Shown here one piece after another: positions 13,075 to 27,212 of a stretch of 64,000 bases of DNA. The notes under the pieces are model-generated. The model was not told where the DNA came from. It made no database searches and worked only from the letters and a program-made list of their open reading frames with translations. Position 1 is the first letter of the stretch. Every line of letters starts with the position of its first letter. The position numbers and the translations under genes were made by a program. The stretch is from Ruditapes philippinarum. Its lineage: Eukaryota. The stretch lies in NCBI RefSeq assembly GCF_026571515.1, contig NW_026855418.1, positions 62,001 through 126,000 on the forward strand. Direction: 5' to 3'.

Positions 13075-14325
13075 AACAAGAATTTGTAACAGAGTTACCA
13101 ATGTCCCCCGCCTCGGGAAGTTTTATATGAAGCATAGAATTGTGCTATTTCAAAAGATTGAGGTATGGATCTCAGGACATTCAGTCCAAAATTATGATCA
13201 ATGCTAGATCTGCAAATGCAACAAATTGTTAAAAAAGTGAAACACGGAATTTAAAAATATATCATGTTTAGCTTTAACCTCTAAGTGTGACCTTGACCTT
13301 GGAGGTAGGGGAGCAGGTGTTGTGCATGACATAACGTCTTATTATTGAGACTATTTGTGCCAAGTATGTCCAAAATCTCTTGAACTATGAAGAAGTTATA
13401 GATTGGACACAAAATATACCCTATAACAGACTATGTAAAACTTTGACCTCTAAGTGTGACCTTGACCTTGGAGGTAGGGACACAGATGTTACGCATGACA
13501 TATCATCTAGTAATTGTGACTATTTGTGCCAAGTATTTTTAAAATCCCTTTATCTATGAAGAAGTATTGGACGGGACACAAAATATACCAAATAACATAC
13601 TCTGTTAACTTTTAACCTCTAAGTGTGACCGTGACCTTGGAGGTAGAGGTGCAGGTGTTGTACTTGACATATCGTCTTATTATTGTGACTATTTGTGCCA
13701 AGTTATTTCAAAATCCCTTGAACTATGAAGAAGCTCTAGATCTAACACAAAATATACCCTATAACAGACTATGTTAATTTTTGACCTGTAAGTGTGACCT
13801 TGACCTTGGAGGTAGGGATGCAGGTGTTGCGCATGACACATCCTCTTATTATAGTGACTTTTTGTGCGAAGTATTTTCAATGTCCTTTGATCTTTGAAAA
13901 AGTTATGGACCAGACACAAAATATACCCTGTAATAGACTATGTATATATTTGACCTCTAAGTGTGGCCTTGACCTTGGAAGTAGGTGACCGGTTCTAGCG
14001 CATGACACATTGTCTGATTATTGTGAACAATTATGGCAAGTATTTACAAAATCCCTTCATAGATAAGAAAGTTATTGACCGGACACGAAATATACCATCA
14101 AATAGACAATGTTGACCTTGAATGAGCAAGTGCGACCTTGACCCTGGAGGTAGGGGTCTGGTTGTTGCGCATGACACATCGTCTTATTAGAATAAACATT
14201 TGTGCCAAGTTATTTCAAATTCTTTTCATAAATGACAAAGTTATGGACCGGACACGAAAGTGTGACGGACGGACGGAGCCTATTTCTATATCCCCCTTTT
14301 TTCTTCGAAAAGGCGGGGGCAATAA
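13075..14325 (+). mobile_element. Non-autonomous Helentron/HINE-like element carrying six 169-bp tandem units
   Basis: Starts AACAAG. The unit core ctaagtgtgaccttgacc recurs at 13281, 13450, 13619, 13788, 13957 and 14126 (period 169). It is followed by a GACG microsatellite and a terminal hairpin (cccccttttt..aaaaggcggggg). Confidence 0.85.
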
Positions 14326-16427
14326 ACATAACTTACCTGTTACGTCGTCTTCCTTTCCATGTCGATACTTATATACTATAACGTCATTTGTGGAAAAAAA
14401 GAACAAGCGTGCCGCTTACGCTTACAAATTCTTAATCGAAACATCTCGGCTATTATAATATTTCATAATAACCCGGACTTATTACATATTAAAAGTGTAT
14501 CACGTGGTTTAAAATGCAAAGATAAACAGAGGGTGTTATATTTTATAATGTATATAACGAATGTATATATTTGAAATATAAAGGGAAATAAAGTCTTTTT
14601 CTGTAAAATTATGACTGCAAAAATATCTGACAATTATAATCAAAATACCCACCGATGTACATTTATAATTAAATCCGAACTATTTCAGCAGGTAGACATT
14701 ATATATGTTATGTTTCTACAATTATGATCATAAATATGTAAATAGATAAATACTCTTTAAAGTGTGTAAAGCTATATATATGATGCAAAAATTATTGCTT
14801 GAATTAAAAAAAAGTTTACTCCCAAAATGCTTGTATGAAATAAATATGGTAATATATTGTCTTCAAAGTGAATGGCGTATGCACAAAATCACTGCTAAAC
14901 GGATAAAACCCTACTTAAAATAAAGTTAGTTTGCATGTCTTCATCTGCTTATAACACAAATTTAAGTCATTGCAATCATAGATCAAATGGATACATTTTA
15001 CAATATATCATCAGTTATGCAACCCATAAATTAAAATTATATGTACATAAGATATTTATGTATTGTTATATGTCAGTGATATGTAATTTTGACCAAAAAA
15101 AAAAAATACCGAAATCACATGTGAAAACATTTGTTACTATTATTCCTAAGTAAAGAACACCACAAGAAGCGGCAACAATTGGTAATTCTTTATTTTCAAA
15201 CGCTAAAAAATGTAATGTTTAACGTTAAAGGAATTTTATCCAGTCCATTTTTATTTTTGGGATATATTTTAATTACACCAAATGAGAGTTTCGTCCTTAG
15301 TGTATTATCCTAGTATAAACCAAATTAAACGATAATTTGTTTTAGAAAATTGATTCATACTTTTTTAACAGCTTGAAATATGTAAAACCTTATCCAATAA
15401 TAATCAAATTTTGCCATTAATCGAGGTCATACTTGTAAAAAGGTGGGTTTGTTCTAGGTAGTGTTTTGTCGAAGTATAAATCACATCCGTAAGTAATATA
15501 ATCATATTAAGCACTTTCATGACAATTCAATGGTTTTACTTTCTGATTATTCCCGACGGACATTCTTATATCGGCGAACACATTGGCAAACGCCACTAAT
15601 CGGGCAGTGCAAAATTGATCTAAAAAAGTGATGTGTATGGTTTCTTTGTTACGTTGTTCGTGTTTTAATATATAACTTTAACATAATGTTATTAAGAATT
15701 TTCTTACCCAGATCAAAATTGTCTAGGTAAATTATTTGACAACACTATGTCGTTTACATAAAAGTTATTTTAGACAAATAAGCAACTTGATGTACCAATA
15801 TTCAATTCATGTGCATGCCATATCTTCAAAAATCATTGTTAACATATTTCAAAACTGTTACATTAGAAAAATAGTTTTATATTAAATCAATTTAATAAAC
15901 TGTTATTGTTTTTTTTGTCTTATGTAAATGCGAAAGAAAATAAAAAGGAATGCTTTAATGTATCTATTTTATTTTATTTTTTATTTGATTCTATGAAGTT
16001 AAACAATATTTTCTTGTCAAATCTGTTTGTCTAAAAATATCCTAAAAGCTATTTTCTTGTGTGTACAGGTATGAAAAATTAGATTAATAGGGTTTTAATG
16101 AATTTGATTTCAAAATAATTATATAAAAAGTAAATTTAGAAAAACGTTTATGTAAGACTTAGCAAAATGATATGAAATATATTTTATAACATATGTTAAT
16201 AAATTCAAAGAACACCAAAAATTCAAAGAACACCAAAAGACGGGGAAATCCGTTTAATTATCTTTTTAATGTATCTAACGTTAATAATATAAAGAAATTA
16301 TCACATTATGTTGGAAGCGAGCGACAATGATAATGACTTTTTTCATCTTAAAAAGTGCTAAATCTGTCGGATATCTCCGATATTGACATATATAATAAAC
16401 CTTTGCATATTAACCTTTACATAACAG

Positions 16428-18408
16428 TGGTATGAATGTATTGAAGACGGAGGATTTAGAGCAAGATAGTTGGAGGATGGTATTTAGAGGGACATCTGGC
16501 AATGGTCATAGCGTGTATCATGCTTGGATTGACGGTACTTTTATCCCTAATAGCAATGATTATCTCAACAATCCACGTTTTATTTATTATTTGCATCGCT
16601 TACTTTTCTTCGCAAATTTTATTTTCACAAAGCTGGTTTCAAATGTGGTGTGTCAGCTGTTATTAGTTGCTATGTACTTCACTTCAGTTTTATTATATTT
16701 TTACAGTCAATCGGAGTCATGAATTGCAATACATTGTATTGTGTTAAATATCTTATACACATTAAGGCGGTAAATTGACCATTTACTGTCATGATCGGAC
16801 TAAATCAAAATTGTTCTCATTACTCTTGAGGGATCTCCCTTATTCAAGACAGTAAGCAAGGCAAACAAGTAGACAGGACACTTAGAAAGTCAAATGAAAT
16901 AGCTTAACATAGAACATCTAAAATATTTAAAAAAAGAAAAGAAATACCCCGCCCCCCATTCAACAATACGAATATTTAAAACGTTATCAGTCTTCTCGGT
17001 CTACCAAAATATTATCATATCTGACTAAACAAATCTTCCTCCTAAACAATGTCATATCAACCGGAAACTCTCTTTCAAGATATCTTCCTGGTGTAGATAA
17101 ATATCTACGTTTCTTCCGTGTCATACCCATGTTAAAACTATCATAAGCTGCTTTAAAGATGTTGTATACTTAAATAAAGTACTGAAATTGATAAAACTAT
17201 AATGAAATATAACCACAATTTAAAAATGTAAATTGTTTTTAATGCTATGAATTTAATAGTGATTGATTAACTTTTTGAGCATTTTTTAAACACATTTAGT
17301 TTTGCAAATATGCATTGATGGATTCAGTTTTGTTCTTTTATCAACATTGTAAATTGAATAGTCAAAATGTATAACGAATAAAAAAAGCATTAGACACACC
17401 GCTGTAATTGTAAGCCTTTCCAATAGTGTTATTTATTAAAGTGTATAAAGCTATATACTGTATCTGCTGCAAAAATCTTTGTTTGAATTTTGAGAAAGAA
17501 GAATACTTGCAAAATGCTTGTATGAAATAAATATGGTAGTTAATTGCCTTAAAAACGAATTGCGCATGCACAAATCATTGCTAAACGGATAAAAACAGCA
17601 AAATATTATTTCGTTCCGGAACGTTTTATTTTGTTTATGTACATTATCCATGTGTATTAAATATTAGAGACATTCTATGTTACAACCTTTTTGGGAATCA
17701 ACCATATAATCATGAAACCAACATAATTTTACTGTTTATAAATTTTATAAAAATATTTCATACGATATAGATTTATACCCTTTAAAGTTGTTTCATTTTT
17801 GTATGTATGTTTACTTAATTTATCTCCTTCTTTACCAACATTTCATTTATAGCATGTTAAAAATGGACAGTATATAGAGTGTTATTTTATGTTTCGACAT
17901 TTTCAGGAAAGAATTCAAATACAGACAAACCAGTTTCCATGAAACGTTCTCATGGTTAACACTTTCGGGATAACATCTTAGACAACTGGTCAAACCTTGG
18001 TATCAAGCTGGTTAAATTTGCGTTCTATGATACTGACAGAGAGGTAGCGTACGTGATCTTCAACGGGATGGACAGCAACATACACAACTGGTTTGATAGG
18101 AAACGTGTTATTGATTCAAGCTGGACAGACCTGACGTAAAAAAGTGTCTTCAACTATTTCTCTATTGCAGGTCATTACATCGACAAGATACATGATCGTC
18201 GTTTCTACATCAACAGAAATTAGGCGGATGTCCAAATGACCGTGGTCACCTAATAGTTATTAATTCTGCTGTTGCCGCTCCCATATGTTTGTTTGACAGC
18301 CAGCCATCCAACGTTTATGTATTCAAAGTATAATTCGGTCGACTTCTTCCTGAGAAGAATGTTTGGTATCGCATACTTCATGGTGGTTTTCATACAGACA
18401 AGGGTTTA
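16428..18408 (+). pseudogene. Pseudogene of the secreted protein (exon 2 16428-16534, exon 3 17907-~18408)
   Basis: In-frame TAA at 18137-18139, a 1-nt deletion near 18220 and a further deletion near 18310. No exon 1 found: the upstream flank jumps near 15620 relative to the 53-58 kb paralogous block. Confidence 0.85.
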
Positions 18409-19012
18409 ATTGACTAAATGTAAACACCATAGTGTCAAAATACAGTAATTTGTTCAACACTTATAAGAACACAAACCATTTGCAATTGTTATTTCAATGA
18501 CATTTTTTCTGTTATTTAAACTGTTTAATGTATTGCTGTGTTACGTTTATGCAATGTTTCTTTTTTCTGATGGCATTTTATAGCATACAAAAGTTAGAAT
18601 TGTAGGACAGTTATGTTACTACACCAATTGTTCACAAAGTCTTCTATGTAATGATCTCGAATAAATGCTTAGCAACATCTTTACAATACATGATATTTCC
18701 TAGCGTAATTCAGGTTTACAACTTCTAAGCATCATAAATTGACAAAAAATGTCCACATATATCGATTAACAAGGAACGAAAACGAGAGACTAGTCAATCA
18801 AGTATAAGTTATAGAGCAATACGTGACGGTGATTTTTCATAAACTAACGGCGATACTGCAAAACTACATTACTTAATGTTATTTGAGTATTTTACAGAAA
18901 AATCTGGATAACAAATACATTTGTTTTAATTTCTCGCTAATTGAACTTTTTAAAAATTTAAACATAACCACAATTTAAAGATGTAAATTGTTTTTAATGC
19001 TTAATGAAGCAC

Positions 19013-19090
19013 AGTTGGTTTAATAAGAGTCGTGTTATTGAATCAAGCTGGTCAGACCTGACGTCTACAGGTATCTTCAACCAATTCTTT
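19013..19090 (+). pseudogene. Isolated fragment of secreted-protein exon 3
   Basis: tggtttaataagagtcgtgttattgaatcaagctggtcagacctgacg encodes WFNKSRVIESSWSDLT, matching exon 3. Confidence 0.75.
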
Positions 19091-22000
19091 ATTCAATGCC
19101 ATTCGTACGGAAATTATATTTTAATTTCCTGAACAGAAGACAAACAAGGAAGTGGCTCCTATTGTGATATAATTTTAATAGATTACCAAACAAAGGACAT
19201 TATTTCTTTCTCATTTTGTTTTTTGTATTTTTGTTAATACAGACACATCAATCTTTATTACTTACTTACTTATTTTTACGTATATTATGACATAACTATT
19301 ATGGCGACATGTTTCCAAGTGTTTGCACGTGCTGAAGATGTTTCAAAAATTGCCAGTTTATTAAATCCAGATTTTATCCATATCATGAACGCAAAGTTAA
19401 GGTTTCAAATTATTAAAAAATGAAAAGTACAAAGCGTATTTATTAAGGGATAACGACATTTGCATATTTAACCAATTCTACTGTTACATCAGTTAAAAAA
19501 ACAGGAAGATAGAATTAAGTATTTGATTACATTATGATTGTGGCACTCCAAACCTGCGTCCGAGATAAAGCAATACTTTGACTTCTGGGGTATGTTATTC
19601 TCTGACAGAGATCCTGCACTGTCGTGGTAGTTATAATAGTAAAATTCGGACTTCATTAAAGATTCCACAAACGTTTTTAAAAACATTTAAATAAACTAAA
19701 GGGCATCCGAATCAAAGGTACCTTTTTTTGCTTAAAAGGACTCGTTTTAGGTCTTATACATTTAGTCTTAATTATAAAATCTGGAATAGTTTCACACATT
19801 AATCGGTACAGTTAGGATTAAAGATTATACTTGAGTGAAAAGCGCTGCAACGCTTTATAAATTTATTTAAACTCTTGAAATGTAATTTTGTCCCCTTATT
19901 GTAAAAGAAAACCTTAATAGAGTCCCTTAAGGTGAGAATACTGATTTGGAGCACGGGAGAGAAGATACGTATTATTTAAAAATGGGTATAACGATTTACA
20001 TACGTTCGTTGAAAAACAAATTCCTTCAAATTCACGTCTAATTAATTTTAGTTTAATGTTGATTTTTGGGGATTGGCTTTTTGTAAGCATGTAATACACA
20101 TGAATGTTTGATAAAGATATATATTACGTACATGTAGATTAAACTTCTCTTGGTATGTTATACAGGTTATAATACTCTTTGACTTTGTATGATAAGAAGG
20201 ACTATTTGTAAAATGAGATTGATTCAGTGTACAGACTGATATACCGAGATCAGCTGAAGTGGTTGTTACGCTGGATTGTTTGAACAACTCATTGATAAAA
20301 AGAGATTTTTTTGTTGGGTTTAACGCCACACCAACATAGAATAGGTCACATAGATTTCCAGCTTTACTGGTGAAGTAAGAAAGACCTCAAAAAGAGAAAA
20401 AAATAATATTAATCTTATTAAATAGTGAAGTAACCGAATAAAAAAAAAAAAAAAAATGGATTTTTTTTGCCATCTCGTTGTTATCATTGTACAGTTTATT
20501 AACAAATATTATTATTTTCTTATTCTTATTAATGTAATATTGAAAAATAATGATGCAATAATGCATTTTCCAACTTTTATAAAAATGATTGTTTTTCTTA
20601 CAATCAAATCTCTACCAAAAAAAGAGTAGGCATTCGAGTTCTGTCCCTTTATGTGCTTTGTGTCTTCTTTATGTACTAGTAATGTGACTGTGTATGAAAC
20701 ATATATATGAAAAATATCTAACTTGATATTAATCGAAACTAGGCACGGCATTTAAATAAAACCTTATCCACTTAGAATAGTTACACCCTCCAAAACACAC
20801 ACAGCATAATGATTCATGTCATTAAAGCATAGAAAAGGCAAGATACTTTTTGTTATTTACTAATTCTTTTGTAAACAAATTAATTTGATATTCTTTTTTA
20901 ATCTAGCCTCATGTTTGATTTGGCAATGTTTCTTGCTTAATTAAGTAAACACGGAAGTTTGACCATAAAAAAGATATCATTTGCTTTGCTTATCTTTTCC
21001 TACAGGATTTAGGTCTATTTGCAATAGGTTTTCGCGACAATCATATTGACTTGTTATCCTGATTAAATTTTAAATCTATGTGTCAATTTATCATTTCCCA
21101 TTAAATGCTTTTAATAGCGCTTGATCATTTTAATAACATATATATGTTGGCTTTTTCCAATGCTAACAAGAGTGTATTTGTTTGTATATTATCATTTTTT
21201 AACTAATTTGTATGGTGAAAACACAATGTCTTGTGTATTTTTATATATTTGTTAGCATATAAAAAATTGATGACCTGAGTATATTTTTTTAAAAAAAAAA
21301 AGACCGATTCCAAGCAGATATCCTTGTGTTTTATGAATGGACGTGAGTTCACTAAGATTTTACAAGTATTTTGTATAATAGTCTTATGAATAGATTGTCT
21401 TACTGCAATGGTCAGGAGGTTTTCAGCACTGAACAATAAGATGATTAAATAATACTTACTTTTAAGTTGAGTGATGTAGAAAGTGTCTGTCTGCATATTC
21501 AACGAAAACGATAATGGTACAGATATGTTGTAAATTTAAATTTCTTAACACAGTACAATTTTATGTTGAATTAACTGGAGAAAAAGTATGTAATACACTC
21601 TTTGTACAGGTTTATAGACACAGTTAAGATTTAAGCAAAATGACGGAAACATTACTATTAAGGGGCAATGTGAAATGTTGAATCTAACTAGAAAAAAAAA
21701 AAAACATAATAATAAACTCTTTATACAGGTTTCTATACTCAATGTAGACTTTACCAAAATTGAGGAAACATTACTGTTAAGTAGTGATGTGAGAAGTTTG
21801 TCTTTATAAGATTATTGTAATCTTATCAACGCTTATTTTTTTCCTTTCAGGAATGTGCTGGTAATTGTGGTGTGAATGCGGTGCATTTTAAATGATGGTA
21901 AAAAATGAGATAAAGAAATTCTCGTTGATTCTGGTGTTGATCTTGGCATAAAATAATTGACGAAAAGATAAAGTCATAGTCGTTTGCATTGTCAGTTTTT

Positions 22001-22173
22001 TTGTATTTTATGATAAATACAGGGTTGAAAAGGGGCTGTACTTTGGCCAATGTTATTTTAATTTTGGCAGTGTGGTAAAAACAAAGAGGCGTAACATACA
22101 TTTTCAATGGGTGATTATGCTTCATTCTTAAACATTATATTAAGTAACGTTTTGCTATTGGTTTGAAAGTATT

Positions 22174-22179
22174 TATAAA
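22174..22179 (+). promoter_or_regulatory. Probable TATA box of the secreted-protein gene
   Basis: TATAAA ~70 nt upstream of ATG 22245. A TATAAA at similar spacing (56990-56995), followed by a similar aagcagt..aataca sequence, lies upstream of the paralog ATG at 57064. Confidence 0.5.
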
Positions 22180-22244
22180 GTTTGAAAGCAGTCGAATACA
22201 CCAGACGTTATATCGATACCTTTAGTTCACTAGAAATTTCAGAG

Positions 22245-22333
22245 ATGATTTCTTCATGGACTTTTTCCGTTTTCCTCGCTTTGGGCATTATCAAATTTGT
22301 TCAACCACATTCGTTGGAGAATTCAGCTGGCAG
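22245..22333 (+). CDS. Secreted protein gene, exon 1 (signal peptide MISSWTFSVFLALGIIKFVQPHSLENSAG)
   Basis: ATG, hydrophobic N-terminus, donor GCAG|gtaaag, phase 2. Homologous exon at 57064-57158. Confidence 0.8.
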
Positions 22334-22951
22334 GTAAAGACAAATTCTATATAGTTATATACATAACTTTGAACTTTAGCGCTTTTTTTATTAAATGATT
22401 AAGCCTCTTATGTTATTTATCTATCTTATTATTGTCAAAATCTCTCGCAGGTGTTACAGACAAGGCTGTTCATCAATGTGATAATAAGGAGATTAGTTTG
22501 AAAATATCTGAGCTAAAGGAAATAAGTCTTAGATGATGAGCCTGAACACAAAGCTTCACCCAATTTTAACTTTTGCTTGTACAAGGGTTAATTGATAAAC
22601 GCACGGCATTTTCCTCTCTAAAAGTGTATAAAGGGACAAACCTTTATTTTTTTCTTCTGCTGCAACCAATGCACTAAGCAATCTCAAGGAGTTAATGTAA
22701 TTCTATATAACATGACAACAACCATAAAATAAGTAGGATAAGATAAAAATAAATAAGTAAATAATAGATTAAAATGATCAAAACAACAATTATTATATCA
22801 TTTTGTTTAAGTTACGTTAATAAATAGTGAAGTTATGACATTGAATTATTTTGTCTCATATTTTCATATAAATGTGTTTATCATTCATATATGTCTGATC
22901 TGTGTTCATAATTGTATAATCATATTTTGATTTTCAACATTCACATCTCAG

Positions 22952-23058
22952 TGGTATGAATATATTGAAGACGGAGGATTTAGAGCAAGATGGTTGGAGG
23001 ATGGTATTTAGAGGGACATCTGGCAATGGTCATAGTGTTTTCCATGCTTGGATGGAAG
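22952..23058 (+). CDS. Secreted protein gene, exon 2 (GMNILKTEDLEQDGWRMVFRGTSGNGHSVFHAWME)
   Basis: tctcag|T...GAAG|gtaaag, 107 nt, phase 2-1. Three paralogous copies occur in the window. Confidence 0.85.
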
Positions 23059-23440
23059 GTAAAGTTGATTATATTTTTAAACCTGTAAATGTTCCTTGAT
23101 CCTTTTCGTATGAAAATATTAGTGTTGAAATATTGCTTATAAACCTTACAGCACTGAATAACTCAAATGGAAATAGAGACATATGCAAGGTTTAACTATA
23201 AATACAAGACAACTGCATACTCTTAACCTGTGATGTTAAAGCCGACGGGCTAAAGTGTTACAGGTCGGTATTACCATGTAACATTTGCAACTACGTGTGA
23301 AGAAGTCCCGACATACCTGTGTCAGTGCCTCAGATGCCTAACTAGATAAGCGTTTCGTGGAGCACTACAACCCCCCCCCCAACCAAAAAAAAAAAACAAA
23401 AAAAAAACAAAAAAAAAACAACAAAAAAAACCACAAAAAA

Positions 23441-23597
23441 NNNNNNNNNNNNNNNNNNNNNNNNNNNNNNNNNNNNNNNNNNNNNNNNNNNNNNNNNNNN
23501 NNNNNNNNNNNNNNNNNNNNNNNNNNNNNNNNNNNNNNNNNNNNNNNNNNNNNNNNNNNNNNNNNNNNNNNNNNNNNNNNNNNNNNNNNNNNNNNNN
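23441..23597. other. Assembly gap (157 N) in intron 2 of the secreted-protein gene, after a poly-C/A-rich tract
   Basis: Run of N in the sequence. Confidence 1.
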
Positions 23598-24152
23598 ATT
23601 AAAGATATGTATTTCAAAATGTGGATAACGTTTTAATGGCATGAAAAGTTAATTATAATCAAATGCTTCTAAGATTTCGTACGATAAACTCTGCATATTG
23701 AACAACCCTCATAATTGCCAAACACGCTTAAAGAAGCAAAATGTGGTTCAGCTAAATGGCCGTAGAGAATTTTATTTCAAAATAATAATAGGATACCAAA
23801 AAAGGAAAGTTTTTGAAATCATGTAATATTAGCATTTCATTGACATAATAAGCCTTGAAAAAAATCATACAAAAAGTCATTTAAGGGTTTGTTTCGACGA
23901 TTTGAATGTTCTTGAAGATAACACACATCTTTGTTTAAAACACACACCCTATAACGGTGATTGGATACTGTTTTACACATACATTTTTATCATTGCGCAT
24001 TGATAGGTTTAATATTTTTGCCCAACATTTTATGTCTTATAAGTCAACAAATGAAGTTTAAGCATTGTTATTTGTCATAACAGATTAAGTATGTTACATT
24101 TAACAAGGTAGAGATAATTGTTGTAGTTTTTATAATTTTCCATGATTTTCAG

Positions 24153-24664
24153 GAAAGAATTCAAATCAAGACAAACCAGTTTCTATGAAACGTTCTCATG
24201 GTTTACATTATCGGGATGACATCTTAGACAACTGGTCAAACCTTGGTATCAAGCTGGTTAAATTTGCGTTCTATGATACTGACAAAGAGGTGGCATACTT
24301 GATCTTCAACGGGAAAGATAGCGACATGAACAACTGGTTTGATAAGAGCCGCGTCATTGACTCCAGTTGGCCAGACCTGACTTCCAAAAGTACATTTAAC
24401 AAATTCTCCATTGCAGGACATACCATAACTAATCTACATGATCGTCGTTTCTACATCAACAGAAATTATGGTGGATGTGCAAATGACCGTGGTCACCTTG
24501 CAGTTATCAATTCAGCTGTATCTAAGCCCGTATGTTTGTTTGACAGCCAGCCATCGTACCCAGCATTTATATATTCGAAATATAATTCGGTCGACTTCTT
24601 TCAGAGAAGAATGTTTGGTACTGCAGATTTCATGGTGGTTTCCATAAAAACACACGTTGGCTAA
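24153..24664 (+). CDS. Secreted protein gene, exon 3 (terminal); total CDS 708 nt, 235 aa, uncharacterized extracellular domain
   Basis: ttttcag|GA, open to TAA 24662-24664. Motifs HYR..LDNW, WF...R...SSW.DL, FSI.G, R.F.IN..YGGC..D.G, C.F. AATAAA at 24903-24908. Confidence 0.88.
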
Positions 24665-25696
24665 ATGTAAACATCACAGTGTCAAAATACCTTAATTTGT
24701 TCAACACTTATAAGAACACAAACCATTTGCAATTGTTAGTTCAAGGACATTTTTTCTGTTATCTGTTAAACTGATTTCTAGGTTACGTTTATACAAATTG
24801 AATGTTTATTTTCCTGATGATATTGAATTGCGTACAAAGTTTGATTTTTAAGACAGTTATGTAACACCAATTTTTCAAAATGTCTTGTATGGAATGACCA
24901 TCAATAAATCTTTAACAACATCTTTACAATGCATTGTACATGATATTTCCATATGCAGCAAAATATTGACCATTGAATGTTGTTAAGCTATGTTTGTGAA
25001 CAAAATACAATATAATAACAAATAAAAACATACATGCAACGGAAACATTTTCATAGTTCTTATGATCAATTTTCTCAAACTTCTCTGGTACATGTACAGA
25101 ATAAGTGAACACAATAAGATGTTCCAAAGCACAGAATCCCATATACAATGCAAGGCGTGAAAAGCCATGTTTTTGTTCCTTCACAGAACTTTAAAAACAA
25201 AATTCTTTTCAATTTATTTTATGATTCCTATCACGATACAAACAATTATGCTACGGATTTTAGGGAGGTCAAAGATGTATACCATACCAATTTATGCATA
25301 TCATATCATAAAGCTATAATGTAATAAATTACGATAAATAAAAAATACTAAACTTACCAGTTTGTTGAACTGAATTTACAATTGTAAATATAAGCTTGAC
25401 AAGTGTATACTTGCAAACTGTCTGTACTGTGACTTATCCAAAGTATAAAAAACACAATGTGCAAAGTGAAAGAAATGAAAGGTGAGATTAAGTTTACAGA
25501 AAAATAGATGTACTGCTGTTTCTGAAACTTTTCTCAAAGGTTCCAAATCCCGTAAACTGGTGACAATTTTAATCAAACCACCATTATTCATTAACTAATA
25601 ATAAATCACCGACATACAATCTTTAAAACACTGATACCAACCAAAAGCAGTTCGGGATGATACTTGCCAAGAATCAATTAGCCATATTTCAAAATG

Positions 25697-25880
25697 TCAC
25701 AGGGTAAGAAAAAAGCCTGAGCGCGACTCGAACCCCGGCCCTTTGGAAAACTGTTCTGCGGCTTAACCAACTTACACATCTTTTCCCTTAAATAGTGAGC
25801 AGTTCTGTACCGTTCGCCTAGTGGTTAAGGCGTCCCCCTTTGGATCGGGAGGTCGAATGTTCGAGCCCCACGGAGAGCGT
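25697..25880. mobile_element. Back-to-back tRNA-like heads: minus-strand element 25697-25808 and plus-strand SINE head 25808-25880
   Basis: Minus-strand ggggttcgagtc B box. Plus-strand gcctagtggttaagg ... gttcgagccc. The first is homologous to 62963-63124 (cttacacatctt.tccctt.aatagt.a.cagttc). Confidence 0.6.
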
Positions 25881-26980
25881 TAATTGAATGATGAATGTTT
25901 TTCGAGGGAGTTGTTCCGAAATGGCCGCTTTGTGAGCTGCGAGGTAGTTAAAATGAATGGTTATCGACTTCTATCCGGCTGACGCCTGGCATATTGGTAG
26001 GAGATGAGAGGTACATGGTATACGTGCAAAAGACAAGAAAATAATGTTTGGATCGCGGATTTCATGGTGATTTTTATAAAGGCAGGATTGTAAGATATTG
26101 CATTTTCCACACGCACGCACAGACACGCTGGTCGACAATCTTTCTTGGTTAACTCTTCTAATATACATATCCATTATCTTTACCTGAAGAACGTTTTGGT
26201 ATGTTAAATTATATAATATTTCTTTTTTCTATTGAAATTATACTTAATAGTTGCATATCCTAATATCAGAACGGAATGATACATATTATATAAAACCTTT
26301 TTGTTAAAATACCAAAAATGTCTTATTTAACAATTTAATTATTCAGTGTTTCTATATCTATACACTCTCAGATATCTAATTTAACACACACAATTTTGTT
26401 ATTTTGCTCGGACGTAAGAATGTTATGATGTACTTTTCACTTTTCCTTTTGACAGACTTCAACAAAATCGACACTGCTCTCGATGGATATCATTTTTTTT
26501 TTCAGAATTCTTTTTTACATAATAGGAAAATTTGTTTCCAGTGTTCTAGCCAAAATGTGTTGACAATCAGACTGCCTTTGTATTTTTATTCCGAGAAAAA
26601 TATATTCAAATTGTTATTTTTCACAAGAATTATGTCTGAAATAGGTTTAAAACATATGCTGATAACAAACAAGGGAACAACGCCGTGACGTAAAGCCATG
26701 GTCCCTGAATTGAGAAGCAAACATCCTAACACTTGGCCTGACCTGTGTGTACATTAAGTTACAGAACAAACTTGATTGATAATAATAGGAGCATTTTGTG
26801 TCATCTACTTTGTTTGCTGTGTCTTTTGAATCATGGTATGCTCGGCTCCTTTATTCTTTGGGTCAAATGAGAGATATACATTGCTGGATGCACTCAAATG
26901 ATTTGCAAATGATTGTAACTTTTATATTTTACTTTCATACTATGCTACTACATCAAGTTTCTACCACATCATTGCGTATT

Positions 26981-27212
26981 GGCGATGTGGCCGAGTGATG
27001 AACGCGTCGGACAAGTAATCAATCTAAGGATTGCTGACCGCGTAGGTTCGAACCCTGTCTGGGGCAAGCCGTTGTTTTCTTGAGCAAGAAATATATTTAC
27101 ACTCATTACATAATACCGGTTGGTTCCAGGAACGGTTCAATAGTGTTTCAATAAGCTAAAGCTTATAGCTTCCAACACAATCGAACTAAATAAATTTGCA
27201 TAAACTAAACTT
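26981..27212 (+). mobile_element. tRNA-derived SINE with 11-bp flanking direct repeat
   Basis: A box tggccgagtg, B box ggttcgaaccc, taaa(c) tail. TTGGCGATGTG occurs at 26979-26989 and 27213-27223. Confidence 0.75.

Noticed and set aside
13281-14290. CRISPR-like regular repeats
   Set aside because: Whole 169-bp units are homologous with no unique spacers, there are no cas genes, and the context is eukaryotic.
23322-23642. ORFs across 23322-23642
   Set aside because: Artefacts of the N gap and low-complexity A/C tracts.
25808-25880. Possible tRNA-Gln(TTG) gene
   Set aside because: A and B boxes are present but the acceptor and T stems do not pair properly. It is better explained as a SINE head.
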